A stretch of DNA of 48,795 bases from an uncultured archaeon (GTDB taxonomy: Archaea > Aenigmatarchaeota > Aenigmatarchaeia > QMZP01). The stretch lies in assembly GCA_964372825.1 (NCBI GenBank), contig CAYJTA010000001.1:1-48795 (forward strand). The letters run 5' to 3'. The notes below the pieces were generated by a model. It was not told the DNA's origin. It was given only the letters and a program-made list of their open reading frames with translations, and did not search any database. The translations under genes were made by a program, and so were the position numbers. Numbering within the stretch: the first letter of the stretch is position 1; each line of letters begins with the position of its first letter. Below, in pieces: positions 35,701 through 42,448 of the stretch.

Positions 35701-37012
35701 CCCAGTTTGCCCAGTTTGAGTTGTCGCATGAGAAGCGCATGTAATCAGGGTTGCCATCCGATGCGTTCTGGTCAGCTATATAGAGTGCAGGCTTCTCTTT
35801 GTTCGTATATGTTGGCCCGGGGTCAGAATCGCTTTCTATGGTTATTCTTGAAGCAGTAGGAGCTGTCCTGTCCACGCTAACCGTCACATTGTCGAACTTC
35901 CCCCAGAAGCCGTCAAAGTCCTTGCAGTGCACGGCTATTGTATGGTTCCCCTCTGAAAGGCCTGCAGTATTTATAGTTATATTTGCAATCTCTGTGGCGC
36001 TGCTGAATGACCCGTCTTTTGCCCCAAGGGCTGTTCCTGAGCCGAAAGAGCCTGTTGTGTCCACAAAATACTCCGCTGCCGTTATGTTCGAATACCTCTG
36101 GGTTGTGTTGCATGTGACGTTAAGCACAGTCGTGCTGTTTGTCAGATTTGGCGTCAGCCTTGCCCCCTTAGAATCTGGAGACACGAGGTAACCTAGAACC
36201 TGCTTCATCAGGCTTCGTCGCGTGGAGTTTCCGCTGCTCCTTTCAAAGGCAAAGCCGAAGAGTAAGGTTTTGTATGATGCCGTCTTTGCTCTTATGGCGG
36301 CATATCCGCCCTCAAAGGCGTCGCTACAGATCCAGTAATATAGGCCAGAAATTAAATAAAGGCTGCAGTATTTGAATACATTGGCTGAAAGCGAATCCTT
36401 TCCGTCTATAATGTCCGGATTGTCAGCACCGGCGTTAAGGATGTTTATCGTGAAGTCATCGCCTATGGGGTCTTTTTTTGTTGTGTCGGCATCCCTCACG
36501 TAATCATCATAAAAGGCATCATCTGCTATGTATTCAGCATGGAGGTAGCTCTCAAAGAAGCTGTCCACATGGCCTATGTCAGACGCTATGTCCTGGCCTG
36601 TGAGGAACAGCTTCCCGCCATTGTCCAGGTACCACTGGAGGTTCTGCCTGTCTGCTGCTGTCAGGGTCGGATAGTTGAAATCCCCGCCTACCGCTCCTGT
36701 ATCGAAGGCCGTAAACCAAATAACTATGTCATAGTCCCTCATCAGGCTGGTGCAGCTTGCCGTTGTCGTATTGTATCCCGGGCCGTCGCCTGTCTGAGAC
36801 GAAACCACGCACTTGTCGAAAGAATAGCCGTTCCCCTGTATGGCCCATGCATAATATTTCTCAAGCTGGGAGTTTGTGCATTCCACCCCTCCCGGACAGA
36901 AATGGGCATCCTCGACAAGAAGTATTTTCGCCTTGGGGGAGTCAGAGTATACTATATTCGATAGAAGGGCAAAGGCAAAGGCCAAAATAAGGAGAAATCT
37001 GAATAAGCGCAT
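29756..37012 (-). CDS. giant secreted surface protein/adhesin candidate (2418 aa) with a Sec signal peptide, many Ig-like repeat modules and very dense N-glycosylation sequons; no C-terminal anchor
   Basis: Uninterrupted 7.26-kb ORF. Signal peptide is MRLFRFLLILAFAFALLSNIVYS. Repeated modules of the type TAPxF..SPANxSxIT....I..SDxxSG......NGNGTN.S......F.PG...EG.R.L..YA.DSAGN. The motif GLKTIYVQVKDTAGN is typical of Ig-like surface repeats. By eye I counted about 35 N-x-S/T sites in the first 760 aa. Confidence 0.9.
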   Translation of the reverse strand: MRLFRFLLILAFAFALLSNIVYSDSPKAKILLVEDAHFCPGGVECTNSQLEKYYAWAIQGNGYSFDKCVVSSQTGDGPGYNTTTASCTSLMRDYDIVIWFTAFDTGAVGGDFNYPTLTAADRQNLQWYLDNGGKLFLTGQDIASDIGHVDSFFESYLHAEYIADDAFYDDYVRDADTTKKDPIGDDFTINILNAGADNPDIIDGKDSLSANVFKYCSLYLISGLYYWICSDAFEGGYAAIRAKTASYKTLLFGFAFERSSGNSTRRSLMKQVLGYLVSPDSKGARLTPNLTNSTTVLNVTCNTTQRYSNITAAEYFVDTTGSFGSGTALGAKDGSFSSATEIANITINTAGLSEGNHTIAVHCKDFDGFWGKFDNVTVSVDRTAPTASRITIESDSDPGPTYTNKEKPALYIADQNASDGNPDYMRFSCDNSNWANWVAWTTTYSDFNFTNSSYGCTNSDGLKTIYVQVKDTAGNVQTTTLSDTITIDRQPPYIVSISRANNSFITSSANLTIALNDSLSGVASSGHTFDNGNGTKTGFSSGAAFNPGYASEGNKTLNASFMDNSGNQNWTLYSFAVDNTAPAFNLMDPANGSYINFARNIRIDLIESFSGIAASWFDNGNGTNTSFADNVSFNPGYTAEGSRTLRAYANDSAGNTNTTLFAFIADNTAPSFSSFSPANNSNITGSTTATISFSDAVSGANALANNGNGTNFSITNNISFSPGFTGEGLRNLTVYANDSAGNANNTLLFYTLDVTPPNTSDNYTSPDWKTSDQAVRLNCTDNVTACSVTLYCTYRTTQPECMPATAGAVATAACGQGEECQIYVRYRSNDSVGNLESTKNSSLIRIDRKAPSITILNPPDGSSRSGAIEIRANITDLGAGATNATYSILNASNMSQTISSGNLTYPNWNSTFDSNPYTVATFVLVVNSSDNASNAASRNATFSVDNQKPTAAIVFPREKILGGNFSLDMRGSAVIGRILTECSYYIYNSTLIANYSVAGISSTTCSFTNTINIQSLADGNYSVNFTSIDNTTASATDRSWAYIDRQKPSVSITSPSNASLQTRAINVSFSASDAVRLGSCSWSFAQSGTNGPFNTSCASNISFSTQLCSDNNASNCMIEVSATDEAGNSNTSSIYLSTDNTQPSVSIASPAANSWQSNSFNVTFSAADTSNLSCMSRIAGSSESGWITIPCGQPFLANISYCQTEGMGKCEVTVQANDSVGLTASAGRNFSVDLTKPSFISTSPANGSRITSSTQLTVAVSDSASGMASLRFDNGNGTNTSFPSGIGFSPAFSGNGQRNVTLYATDSAGNTISTYAAYTLDNAPPTSGNISFNVTDAIFSDARVHPFESIRIMANLSDAGGISHAIVELNYSGMRRNFSMSPYSGEANFSLAFANTNATGRHTITMLFANDSMGNAAGLNETQLNRSFLVVNSTLSATINGSKTIDSATNGSILLSINFNRSMANKSFNLFLPDSYSNISRYECGSACSMIYAGNLITATPLTAVSSINITANTSASAKVQDTNSSWTIGAGETNISDYTTTISPLLNITSMLCNGLGACVFNQSGYFNFSVTVTNDAKEGRSGKAYYVNASFSSDAGNNYTIIESIPSNSSRTASWNISLPAAGIFNFTATAIDGLSGMFNASNSVIVTALDAERPEISSADISLNIVNVNESSSVTLAATDNANVTAAWVMVNDSYGNLTNMSLSLLTGSLQSGTWELVLNQTQDSRNYTILAEYANDSQGNIGSLNTTMQLEVKELQFNVSLSNSSLPVNNTLAIQANISGNASSVQSVRALIMKPGNVTEIVSLSRVSGSSLQYSGAYRNVTRSGNYTVSVTAIMRITVTKNLTFSVPLGNISIEPADGNGSQVSIPLGQPANISMLLTPSNGDLINVSAYSSSSGVINLTENFRNIGNVTFEGTKPRKVSFTVNGTAAGQAYVNFTVNSTYHQPANSSMLVIVIASDSQRPQINSVSKAYSTLNLYETNTISANVTDNSIINSVTVQVTHPSGGRQNHSASQIRNSLYSLDFTNANETGNFSFIVFASDMSGNINSSSAGSFNVTDVYTVNVSTPYSSYNKGENVSINVIVRNANNENVTGFNLSIILDRSAANATVANGSVQGSAYYRIEATDKPDADSGSSATYVVYANASRSGNRGVATAAFGVYKSLTTQIISPIANEFVSSGQQINMRVRVLNIRSEPVADASVIVQCQTNKCNNQFALLSKESDGIYSNNQSLSAADASGSFSIFASGTDSFKNSGTDFVVPTTQQSSSSGSSGASVGGGTSSSAIGAAKNLSREGEACASDRDCEGGLECDIMLRACRKIQREAEKIAAFELLLYQLSFEIRQGMDAFISGKVRNTGNERLDVEVGVQSECCRFFPEKGSLQIEGIKGTEKAMQIKIHVPLTARPCDYVSVVTFSD
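34742..35551 (-). repeat. three tandem modules of about 90 aa inside the giant protein (aa about 488-757); a fourth related copy lies further downstream
   Basis: The three modules QPPYIVSISRANNSFITSSANLTIALNDSLSGV...DNGNGTKT...NPGYASEGNKTL...DNSGN, TAPAFNLMDPANGSYIN...DNGNGTNTSF...NPGYTAEGSRTLRAYANDSAGN and TAPSFSSFSPANNSNITG...NNGNGTNFS...SPGFTGEGLRNLTVYANDSAGN align. The later copy is KPSFISTSPANGSRITS...DNGNGTNTSF...YATDSAGN. Confidence 0.8.
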
Positions 37013-37105
37013 ATTATAATGTTTGTTTTGTGATTAATAATTAATTTTGTTACTAACCTAATAATATAGGGCAGAATGGGCTACGTAAAAATGCCAAAAG
37101 CGGGC

Positions 37106-38656
37106 CTATTTCTTCATCCCCGCCTTCCTCATTACCGCCTCAGGGTCCATATAATATTCCGAGACAAGCCTGCCCACATCGTTTATGTCATTTATGTTTT
37201 TCTTCGCCATCCAGTTCAGCATCCCGACCTTCTGCCGCTGGTCGGCCACAAAATCGTCATACTCCATGCCCGCATAGAGCTTGAGCTCGTCCATCACCCT
37301 TGCCGACTTGTTCAGGGAAAGCACCTGGTCTGTTGTGGGGATCCACCTGAAGACAGGGTTTAGTTCTGCTACAGCATTGTCCACATCAGAAATGATCTCC
37401 ACTATCTCCAGCACCCTCCTTATCTCCCTTCTCCTGTCCCTGTGCATGACAGCCACGAGGTCAAGGGCTCCAAGCATGCTCACAGGGATGCTGATGGGCG
37501 GGTTTGTAAGCCTCTTGACAGCTTCCTGCGCAGTATTGGCATGAAGGGTAGAATATACAGAGTGGCCTGTGTGTATCGCTTCAAACAGCACTTCTGCTTC
37601 CCTGCTCCTCCTTATCTCCCCTACAAGAATTCTGTCAGGCCTCATCCTCAGGCTGTTCACCATGAGGTCAAGCATGGTCACCTGCCCTTTGCCCTCCGAA
37701 TTTGGCGATCTTGTCGTCAGCGGCACCCAGTGGAGGAACTCAGGGAGCTGGAGCTCCCTTGTGTCTTCTATGCTGACTATCCTGTGAGAAGGGGAGATGA
37801 AATTCGTCAGCACGTTCAGCAGGCTTGTTTTTCCGCTTGCAGTCCCCCCGACTATGAGGACATTCATCTCATATTGTATGGCCAGCCACAGGAATGCGGC
37901 AGCCTCAGACGTTATCGTCTTGGACAATATGAAGTCCGTTATTGTCCATGGCTTCCTTGCGAAGCGTCTTATGGTCAGGGTATGGCCCCGCGAGCTTATG
38001 GGGAACAGAGTTGCATTTGTCCTATCGCCTGTTGTAAGATAGGCATCCATGAGGGGGCTGAGGTTCGTTATCTGCACCCCTATCTTCCTCCCTATGCTTG
38101 CTGCATAGTTGTAGATCTCCGCTTCAGTCTGTATGATTATATTCGTCTTGAGCCAGCCCAGCTTCCTGTGGTAAACCCAGACAGGCTCCTTGCAGCCGTT
38201 GACAACAATCTCTTCGAGGTTCTCGTCCTTCAGCAGTATCTCCAGCGGCCCCAGGCCAAGGGACTTGTTGACCAGTATTTCAGCCAGTATCTTGGCATCC
38301 GTCTCCTCCATGGAGCCGAAGGCTTCCCTTATCAGCTCCAGGCTCCTCTTGAAGAATGATTCCTTGAGCCTTTCGGCCTGCTCCTGCGTAAGCGTCTCCT
38401 CTGTGCTTATGGCTATCTCCACTATCAGCCTCTCCCTTATGGAATCCAGGACAGCCTCTGTTGCAGCCTCCACCTTCGGGAATATGACCTTATAAGTAGG
38501 GACAAACTCGGCAGGGTACTTCAGGATGCTGACTTTTGCCGACAGTTCATCCAGGCTGACATAGTATTCCCTCAGCGGCTTTCCGGCATCCATAATAATA
38601 TTTGGCCGCTGCCCTTTATAACTTGGGTTTTGAACCATGTTCCGGGATGCCGGCAT
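37106..38656 (-). CDS. type II/IV secretion-family ATPase (archaeal FlaI/ArlI- or PilB-like pilus/archaellum assembly ATPase)
   Basis: 516 aa. Motifs NVLIVGGTASGKTSLLNVL (Walker A), RIVSIEDTRELQL, RMRPDRILVGEIR (Walker B/Asp box), and TGHSVYSTLHA (His box). Confidence 0.88.
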   Translation of the reverse strand: MPASRNMVQNPSYKGQRPNIIMDAGKPLREYYVSLDELSAKVSILKYPAEFVPTYKVIFPKVEAATEAVLDSIRERLIVEIAISTEETLTQEQAERLKESFFKRSLELIREAFGSMEETDAKILAEILVNKSLGLGPLEILLKDENLEEIVVNGCKEPVWVYHRKLGWLKTNIIIQTEAEIYNYAASIGRKIGVQITNLSPLMDAYLTTGDRTNATLFPISSRGHTLTIRRFARKPWTITDFILSKTITSEAAAFLWLAIQYEMNVLIVGGTASGKTSLLNVLTNFISPSHRIVSIEDTRELQLPEFLHWVPLTTRSPNSEGKGQVTMLDLMVNSLRMRPDRILVGEIRRSREAEVLFEAIHTGHSVYSTLHANTAQEAVKRLTNPPISIPVSMLGALDLVAVMHRDRRREIRRVLEIVEIISDVDNAVAELNPVFRWIPTTDQVLSLNKSARVMDELKLYAGMEYDDFVADQRQKVGMLNWMAKKNINDINDVGRLVSEYYMDPEAVMRKAGMKK

Positions 38657-38862
38657 CTCCTTCTTGCCACCGTTAGCTTTCCCATGAAATGATGCCGCTT
38701 GATTCCTATGTCTTGTGATGGGATGAAACAGAAAGGCATTTGCAAGCTAGGCAAGGCGGCATCAATTCTCAGGAGAAAAATCAACAGCAAAAGTAAGCTA
38801 TCTGATTCGGCCCCCTTTTGTCTCCCTGAACCAATATAATCGGACGGAGAGAATATTATAAC

Positions 38863-40119
38863 ATGCGGAAGCCGGATGTAAGAAATAAGGGAGATATGCT
38901 CAGCTCTATAAGATCCTTCCTCTCCGCCATAGGGAATCAGCCAGGAAAAACATCATCAGCATCTTCCAGTGATAAACTCCTGAAGAAAAAGGCGGCCGGC
39001 AAAAGGATCAGAAAGAATCTGAAGCATTCTGTAGCGAGGCGGGTCATAGCCAAAAAGACAGCGCCTATGGGAAAGCATGCCATAAGCATAGTAAAGGCTA
39101 CACACCTCAGGATTCCCCGGCCTGCGGCTTCCAGGCAGCTCCTTGAGAATCTTGCCCCCAAAGTATCCATCAAGCCCGCATCCCATGCCCTAAAGCATGC
39201 AGAACCGGCCGGAAAAAAGAACCGGAAGCCTGCAATCAAACCCGCTCCCAAGCTGCTTATCCGGAAAATAGCTCCCAAGTCTGCATTCCACACCTCAAAA
39301 CATTTAGGGGCTGGTGGAAAAAACCAGAAGCCTGAGCCCTCATTTCCCCAACATATTGTCCGCAGGCAATCCCTGAACCGCCTTGCCTCAAAGATCAAAG
39401 TTAAGCTCCAGTCTTACGCCCAAAAGCATGCAGAGCCTGTCGAAAAGAAGGAAGACAAAAAAGCGGTCCAGAAATCTGCCATATCCGCAGTCCAGCAATT
39501 CCTGAAGCAGTCTGCTCCAAAAATTGCCGCCAAACCTCCATTCAGAGCCCAAAAGCATATAGAGCCCCTTGAAAATACAAAACAGCTTCAGACGTCTTCT
39601 ATAGCTCTGGCAGCCAAACAGATCCTGAAGCAGCTTATCCCAAAGATCGGCATCAGGCCTGCATCTCATCGCCGGGAGACCGCAGAACTTTCCGGAAAAA
39701 TGAACCAGAAGCCTGCCATGCCTCCTGCCCCAAAGCAGCCGCCGCCCAAAAAAGAGCCGCCGAAGCAGGCTGGAGTAATATACAAGCCGGCCAAGGAATT
39801 GCCGGTTGACAAGAGGGAGTGGCCCATCAGCCTCGATGGAAAAGGCCAGAAACAGGCAGAAAAACCCAAGCTGCCGCAGTTCGACATGCCCATTTTCCTC
39901 GAGACAAATGTGGACAGGCTTTATGCCATCATACAGGCCAAAGGATCAATGGACATGGGCGAAGCTGCGAGACAGTTCAAGGTAACTGAGCAGAAAGTTG
40001 AGGAATGGTGCAGGATGCTTGAAGACCATGGCATGATAGAGATCCATTACCCTCCTTTCGGCAAGCCTCAGATAAGGCTGAAGCAGGCAGAGAAAAAGTC
40101 AGAGCCGCAGGCCTCATGA
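38863..40119 (+). CDS. Lys-rich repeat protein with a C-terminal winged-helix domain, divergent from the ATPase gene
   Basis: 418 aa. Five repeats of about 40 aa fit (L/F)L(K/E)x(L/S)APKI..KP.....KH.EP. They are followed by a Pro/Lys linker and NVDRLYAIIQAKGSMDMGEAARQFKVTEQKVEEWCRMLEDHGMIEIHYPPFG (HTH plus wing). Confidence 0.7.
   Translation: MRKPDVRNKGDMLSSIRSFLSAIGNQPGKTSSASSSDKLLKKKAAGKRIRKNLKHSVARRVIAKKTAPMGKHAISIVKATHLRIPRPAASRQLLENLAPKVSIKPASHALKHAEPAGKKNRKPAIKPAPKLLIRKIAPKSAFHTSKHLGAGGKNQKPEPSFPQHIVRRQSLNRLASKIKVKLQSYAQKHAEPVEKKEDKKAVQKSAISAVQQFLKQSAPKIAAKPPFRAQKHIEPLENTKQLQTSSIALAAKQILKQLIPKIGIRPASHRRETAELSGKMNQKPAMPPAPKQPPPKKEPPKQAGVIYKPAKELPVDKREWPISLDGKGQKQAEKPKLPQFDMPIFLETNVDRLYAIIQAKGSMDMGEAARQFKVTEQKVEEWCRMLEDHGMIEIHYPPFGKPQIRLKQAEKKSEPQAS
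39136..39738 (+). repeat. five tandem degenerate repeats of about 40 aa within the 418-aa protein
   Basis: Repeat starts at aa 93 (LLENLAPKV), 131 (LLIRKIAPK), 170 (SLNRLASKI), 213 (FLKQSAPKI) and 254 (ILKQLIPKI). Each is followed by a KH(A/I/L)EP-type motif. Confidence 0.65.
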
Positions 40120-40175
40120 TGATAATCAGATGCGCCCTCTCAAAGAATATTTCTCCGGATTTATGAGTTTCTGCA

Positions 40176-41414
40176 TCAAGGCTCCAGCAGCTCGCTGAGA
40201 TTATATCTTGCTGCCGTGCCATTGTCAAGCCTCAGCCATGCCTGCATCCCCCTGACAGCCTTTCCCGGATATGATACTGTGGAAAAATAAAGATCATCCA
40301 CCATGCTCTTCCCGGTATCCACTGACAGCCCCAGCGCCTGTAGCTCAGGGATGTTCACGAAGCTCTCAAGGCCGTTGGAGCTCTGGTTTGTTATGTTGTC
40401 CTCCAGCCTTTTCAGGAAGCTCATGCCATTGCCGGCAAAACCGAAATAGAGGCCGTTGTCGACCGCACCTGTGACAGGAAGGTGCCATGCAGACTTGGTC
40501 TTGTTGTCAAGGTAGAGCTGTGAATAATTTGCCAGCTTCAGGGTCTGGTTGACTATGCTTACGGCATTGGGGGCAGACTTTATATAGCAGCCGGTGGCAG
40601 GGGCATCGGCAGTCTCCGAAAGCACGCCTGCGAAGCCCGAAAGGCCTGAAGCATTGTAAACGACAAGTATGCTGCTCCCATTTGCCTGGCTCGCATTGAA
40701 CGATATGGAGCCCGAGCAGCTGGCCCCTGAAGCCGAGGCATTGCCTGAAACAAGCTTCCTTGCCGCATATCCCATGCCATATTTTTTCAGCAGCCTTTTC
40801 GAATAGCCATTGGTGTGAAGAGGATGTAATGGATCCTCGAACTCATATAATGCCACATTGGCAAGGCTCACCCTGCCTCCGGAAAACCTTATCCTTCCCG
40901 TAACATCAGTGACATTAATGCTCACCCTGACAGAGAAATTCATGGTGAAGGGATCCGCTAAAGACACGGAGAGGCTGCTGTAGGAAAGGGCTTTCTGGAG
41001 GTCAACGGTCACGCCAAGGATCCTTGTTCTCCAGTCATCGAGGGTATTGTTCTCCATTATGTAGATGTCGGCTGAGTTCAAAGTGCCGTTAAGCATGAGC
41101 TCCGCAATCCCTCCTGTTGAGCTGTTCAGCCCTTGCCCGTAGATTATCACATTGTTTATCGACGCCAGTATGGCCCTTTTGGCAGCAATCTCCACCGCCC
41201 TGTCAAAATCCTCAGCCATGGATCTCGACAGCTCCCCCACCTGATCCGAGACAACCTTTTCCATGCTTCCGGCGCTCTGTTCCTGCGCGGCAAAAAGGAA
41301 GCCTGAAGCGAAAAGGATGACAGGTATGGCAAGGAAGGCCGCTATTATCGAGTACACCTGCCCGTCCATGGACTTTTGCCCGTCCGTTGCCTTTCGCCTT
41401 CTGCATTCTTTCAT
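40176..41414 (-). CDS. extracytoplasmic sequon-rich protein with an N-terminal TM / possible class III signal peptide
   Basis: 412 aa. Possible start is MDGQ/VYSIIAAFLAIPVILFASGFLF. Many N-x-S/T sites. The start overlaps the upstream stop (TGATGA), which implies translational coupling. Confidence 0.7.
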   Translation of the reverse strand: MKECRRRKATDGQKSMDGQVYSIIAAFLAIPVILFASGFLFAAQEQSAGSMEKVVSDQVGELSRSMAEDFDRAVEIAAKRAILASINNVIIYGQGLNSSTGGIAELMLNGTLNSADIYIMENNTLDDWRTRILGVTVDLQKALSYSSLSVSLADPFTMNFSVRVSINVTDVTGRIRFSGGRVSLANVALYEFEDPLHPLHTNGYSKRLLKKYGMGYAARKLVSGNASASGASCSGSISFNASQANGSSILVVYNASGLSGFAGVLSETADAPATGCYIKSAPNAVSIVNQTLKLANYSQLYLDNKTKSAWHLPVTGAVDNGLYFGFAGNGMSFLKRLEDNITNQSSNGLESFVNIPELQALGLSVDTGKSMVDDLYFSTVSYPGKAVRGMQAWLRLDNGTAARYNLSELLEP

Positions 41415-42355
41415 CAGCTCAGCACCCTTATCTGGAGCCTTGCAGGCCCCCAGAGAGTAGGCACGCCTGCTATGCTCTGGTTCTCAAGCTTCACGTTGGT
41501 GGCAACCGCAAACGGCCCGAGCTCCTGCCTCAGCCTCTCCTCTGCATCGCTTTGGGCCGCAGTGAAATTCGGGAAGACATCATTATATCCTACCGCAGAC
41601 TTCAGGAATGCCCTCTTCTCCCCCAGGCTCTTGTCAGGGTCTACCCCATATCCATAGGTGAAGTTGAGCTCAAATTTGTTGTATCCCAGATTCAGCACTC
41701 CCTGGCTGAGGTTGGAGGAGTAGCCGAACCTCGCAAACTCCTTGATCAGGGGGTCGCTGCTTCCATTCGCCGGATCGTGGTTGTAGAGGATGATGCCATT
41801 GGCCTTGGCCCTCTGGAGGGGATTCTGTGTTGTCCTGAAGAGCCAGGCAAGCTGCCAGATTGCTGAGAGCGGCGTGGCATTACCCGCAAAGGTGACGTTC
41901 CACCTGATATATCTTTTGAAATCAGGAAAGCCGGTGTCAGGATCGCTGGACGCTTCAAGCTGCACGGGAGAGGAGACATCAATATACAGGAATGGTGTCG
42001 ATGTCGTGTGCTTCACCTCCACATAGCTGCTGTTAAGGATTCTTCTCTCGTATCCCAGCGCTTCCAGCGAGCTGTATGTGTCTATCTCGGCGATGAACCA
42101 GAAGAACCTGCTGTTGAGCATACTGTAGCTGGTTTTGGATTCCACAACGGGCCTTATATCCGTATCGTTCCATAATACTGTGCCATTGGCAGGCTGCTTC
42201 TTGCTGATAATGGTCTCATTTCCCTTCCAGCCGAACTTGAGTGTCACGTTCTTCACCTGCGTGTTTTTGGTGAGGTTGATGAAGACGCCGAGGGAGGATA
42301 CATTGCCGCTGATGAATATGGGCTTCTTGTAGAGGATGGATGCGTTGCTCTTCAC
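41414..42355 (-). CDS. sequon-rich extracytoplasmic-type polypeptide lacking its own signal peptide; probably the continuation of 42449..43267 across an in-frame TAG
   Basis: 313 aa from a GTG. About 15 N-x-S/T sequons but no hydrophobic N-terminus. 31 sense codons connect it in-frame to the TAG of the upstream gene. Confidence 0.6.
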   Translation of the reverse strand: MKSNASILYKKPIFISGNVSSLGVFINLTKNTQVKNVTLKFGWKGNETIISKKQPANGTVLWNDTDIRPVVESKTSYSMLNSRFFWFIAEIDTYSSLEALGYERRILNSSYVEVKHTTSTPFLYIDVSSPVQLEASSDPDTGFPDFKRYIRWNVTFAGNATPLSAIWQLAWLFRTTQNPLQRAKANGIILYNHDPANGSSDPLIKEFARFGYSSNLSQGVLNLGYNKFELNFTYGYGVDPDKSLGEKRAFLKSAVGYNDVFPNFTAAQSDAEERLRQELGPFAVATNVKLENQSIAGVPTLWGPARLQIRVLS

Positions 42356-42448
42356 CTCCTCATAATAGAATCTTTCCGTGTGCGGCTTTGACTGGAACTC
42401 GGTGGTGGTATAATTTATTATCCAGTGGGTCGCTCCATCATCGCCTGC

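Noticed and set aside
30069-36964. Many 80-150 aa plus-strand ORFs inside the giant gene, and 37442..38359 (305 aa) opposite the ATPase gene.
   Set aside because: They are antisense to ORFs with strong protein signatures (Walker motifs, repeat modules). Their composition is not protein-like, being His/Cys/Arg-rich or Leu/Ser-rich. They are best explained as frame shadows.
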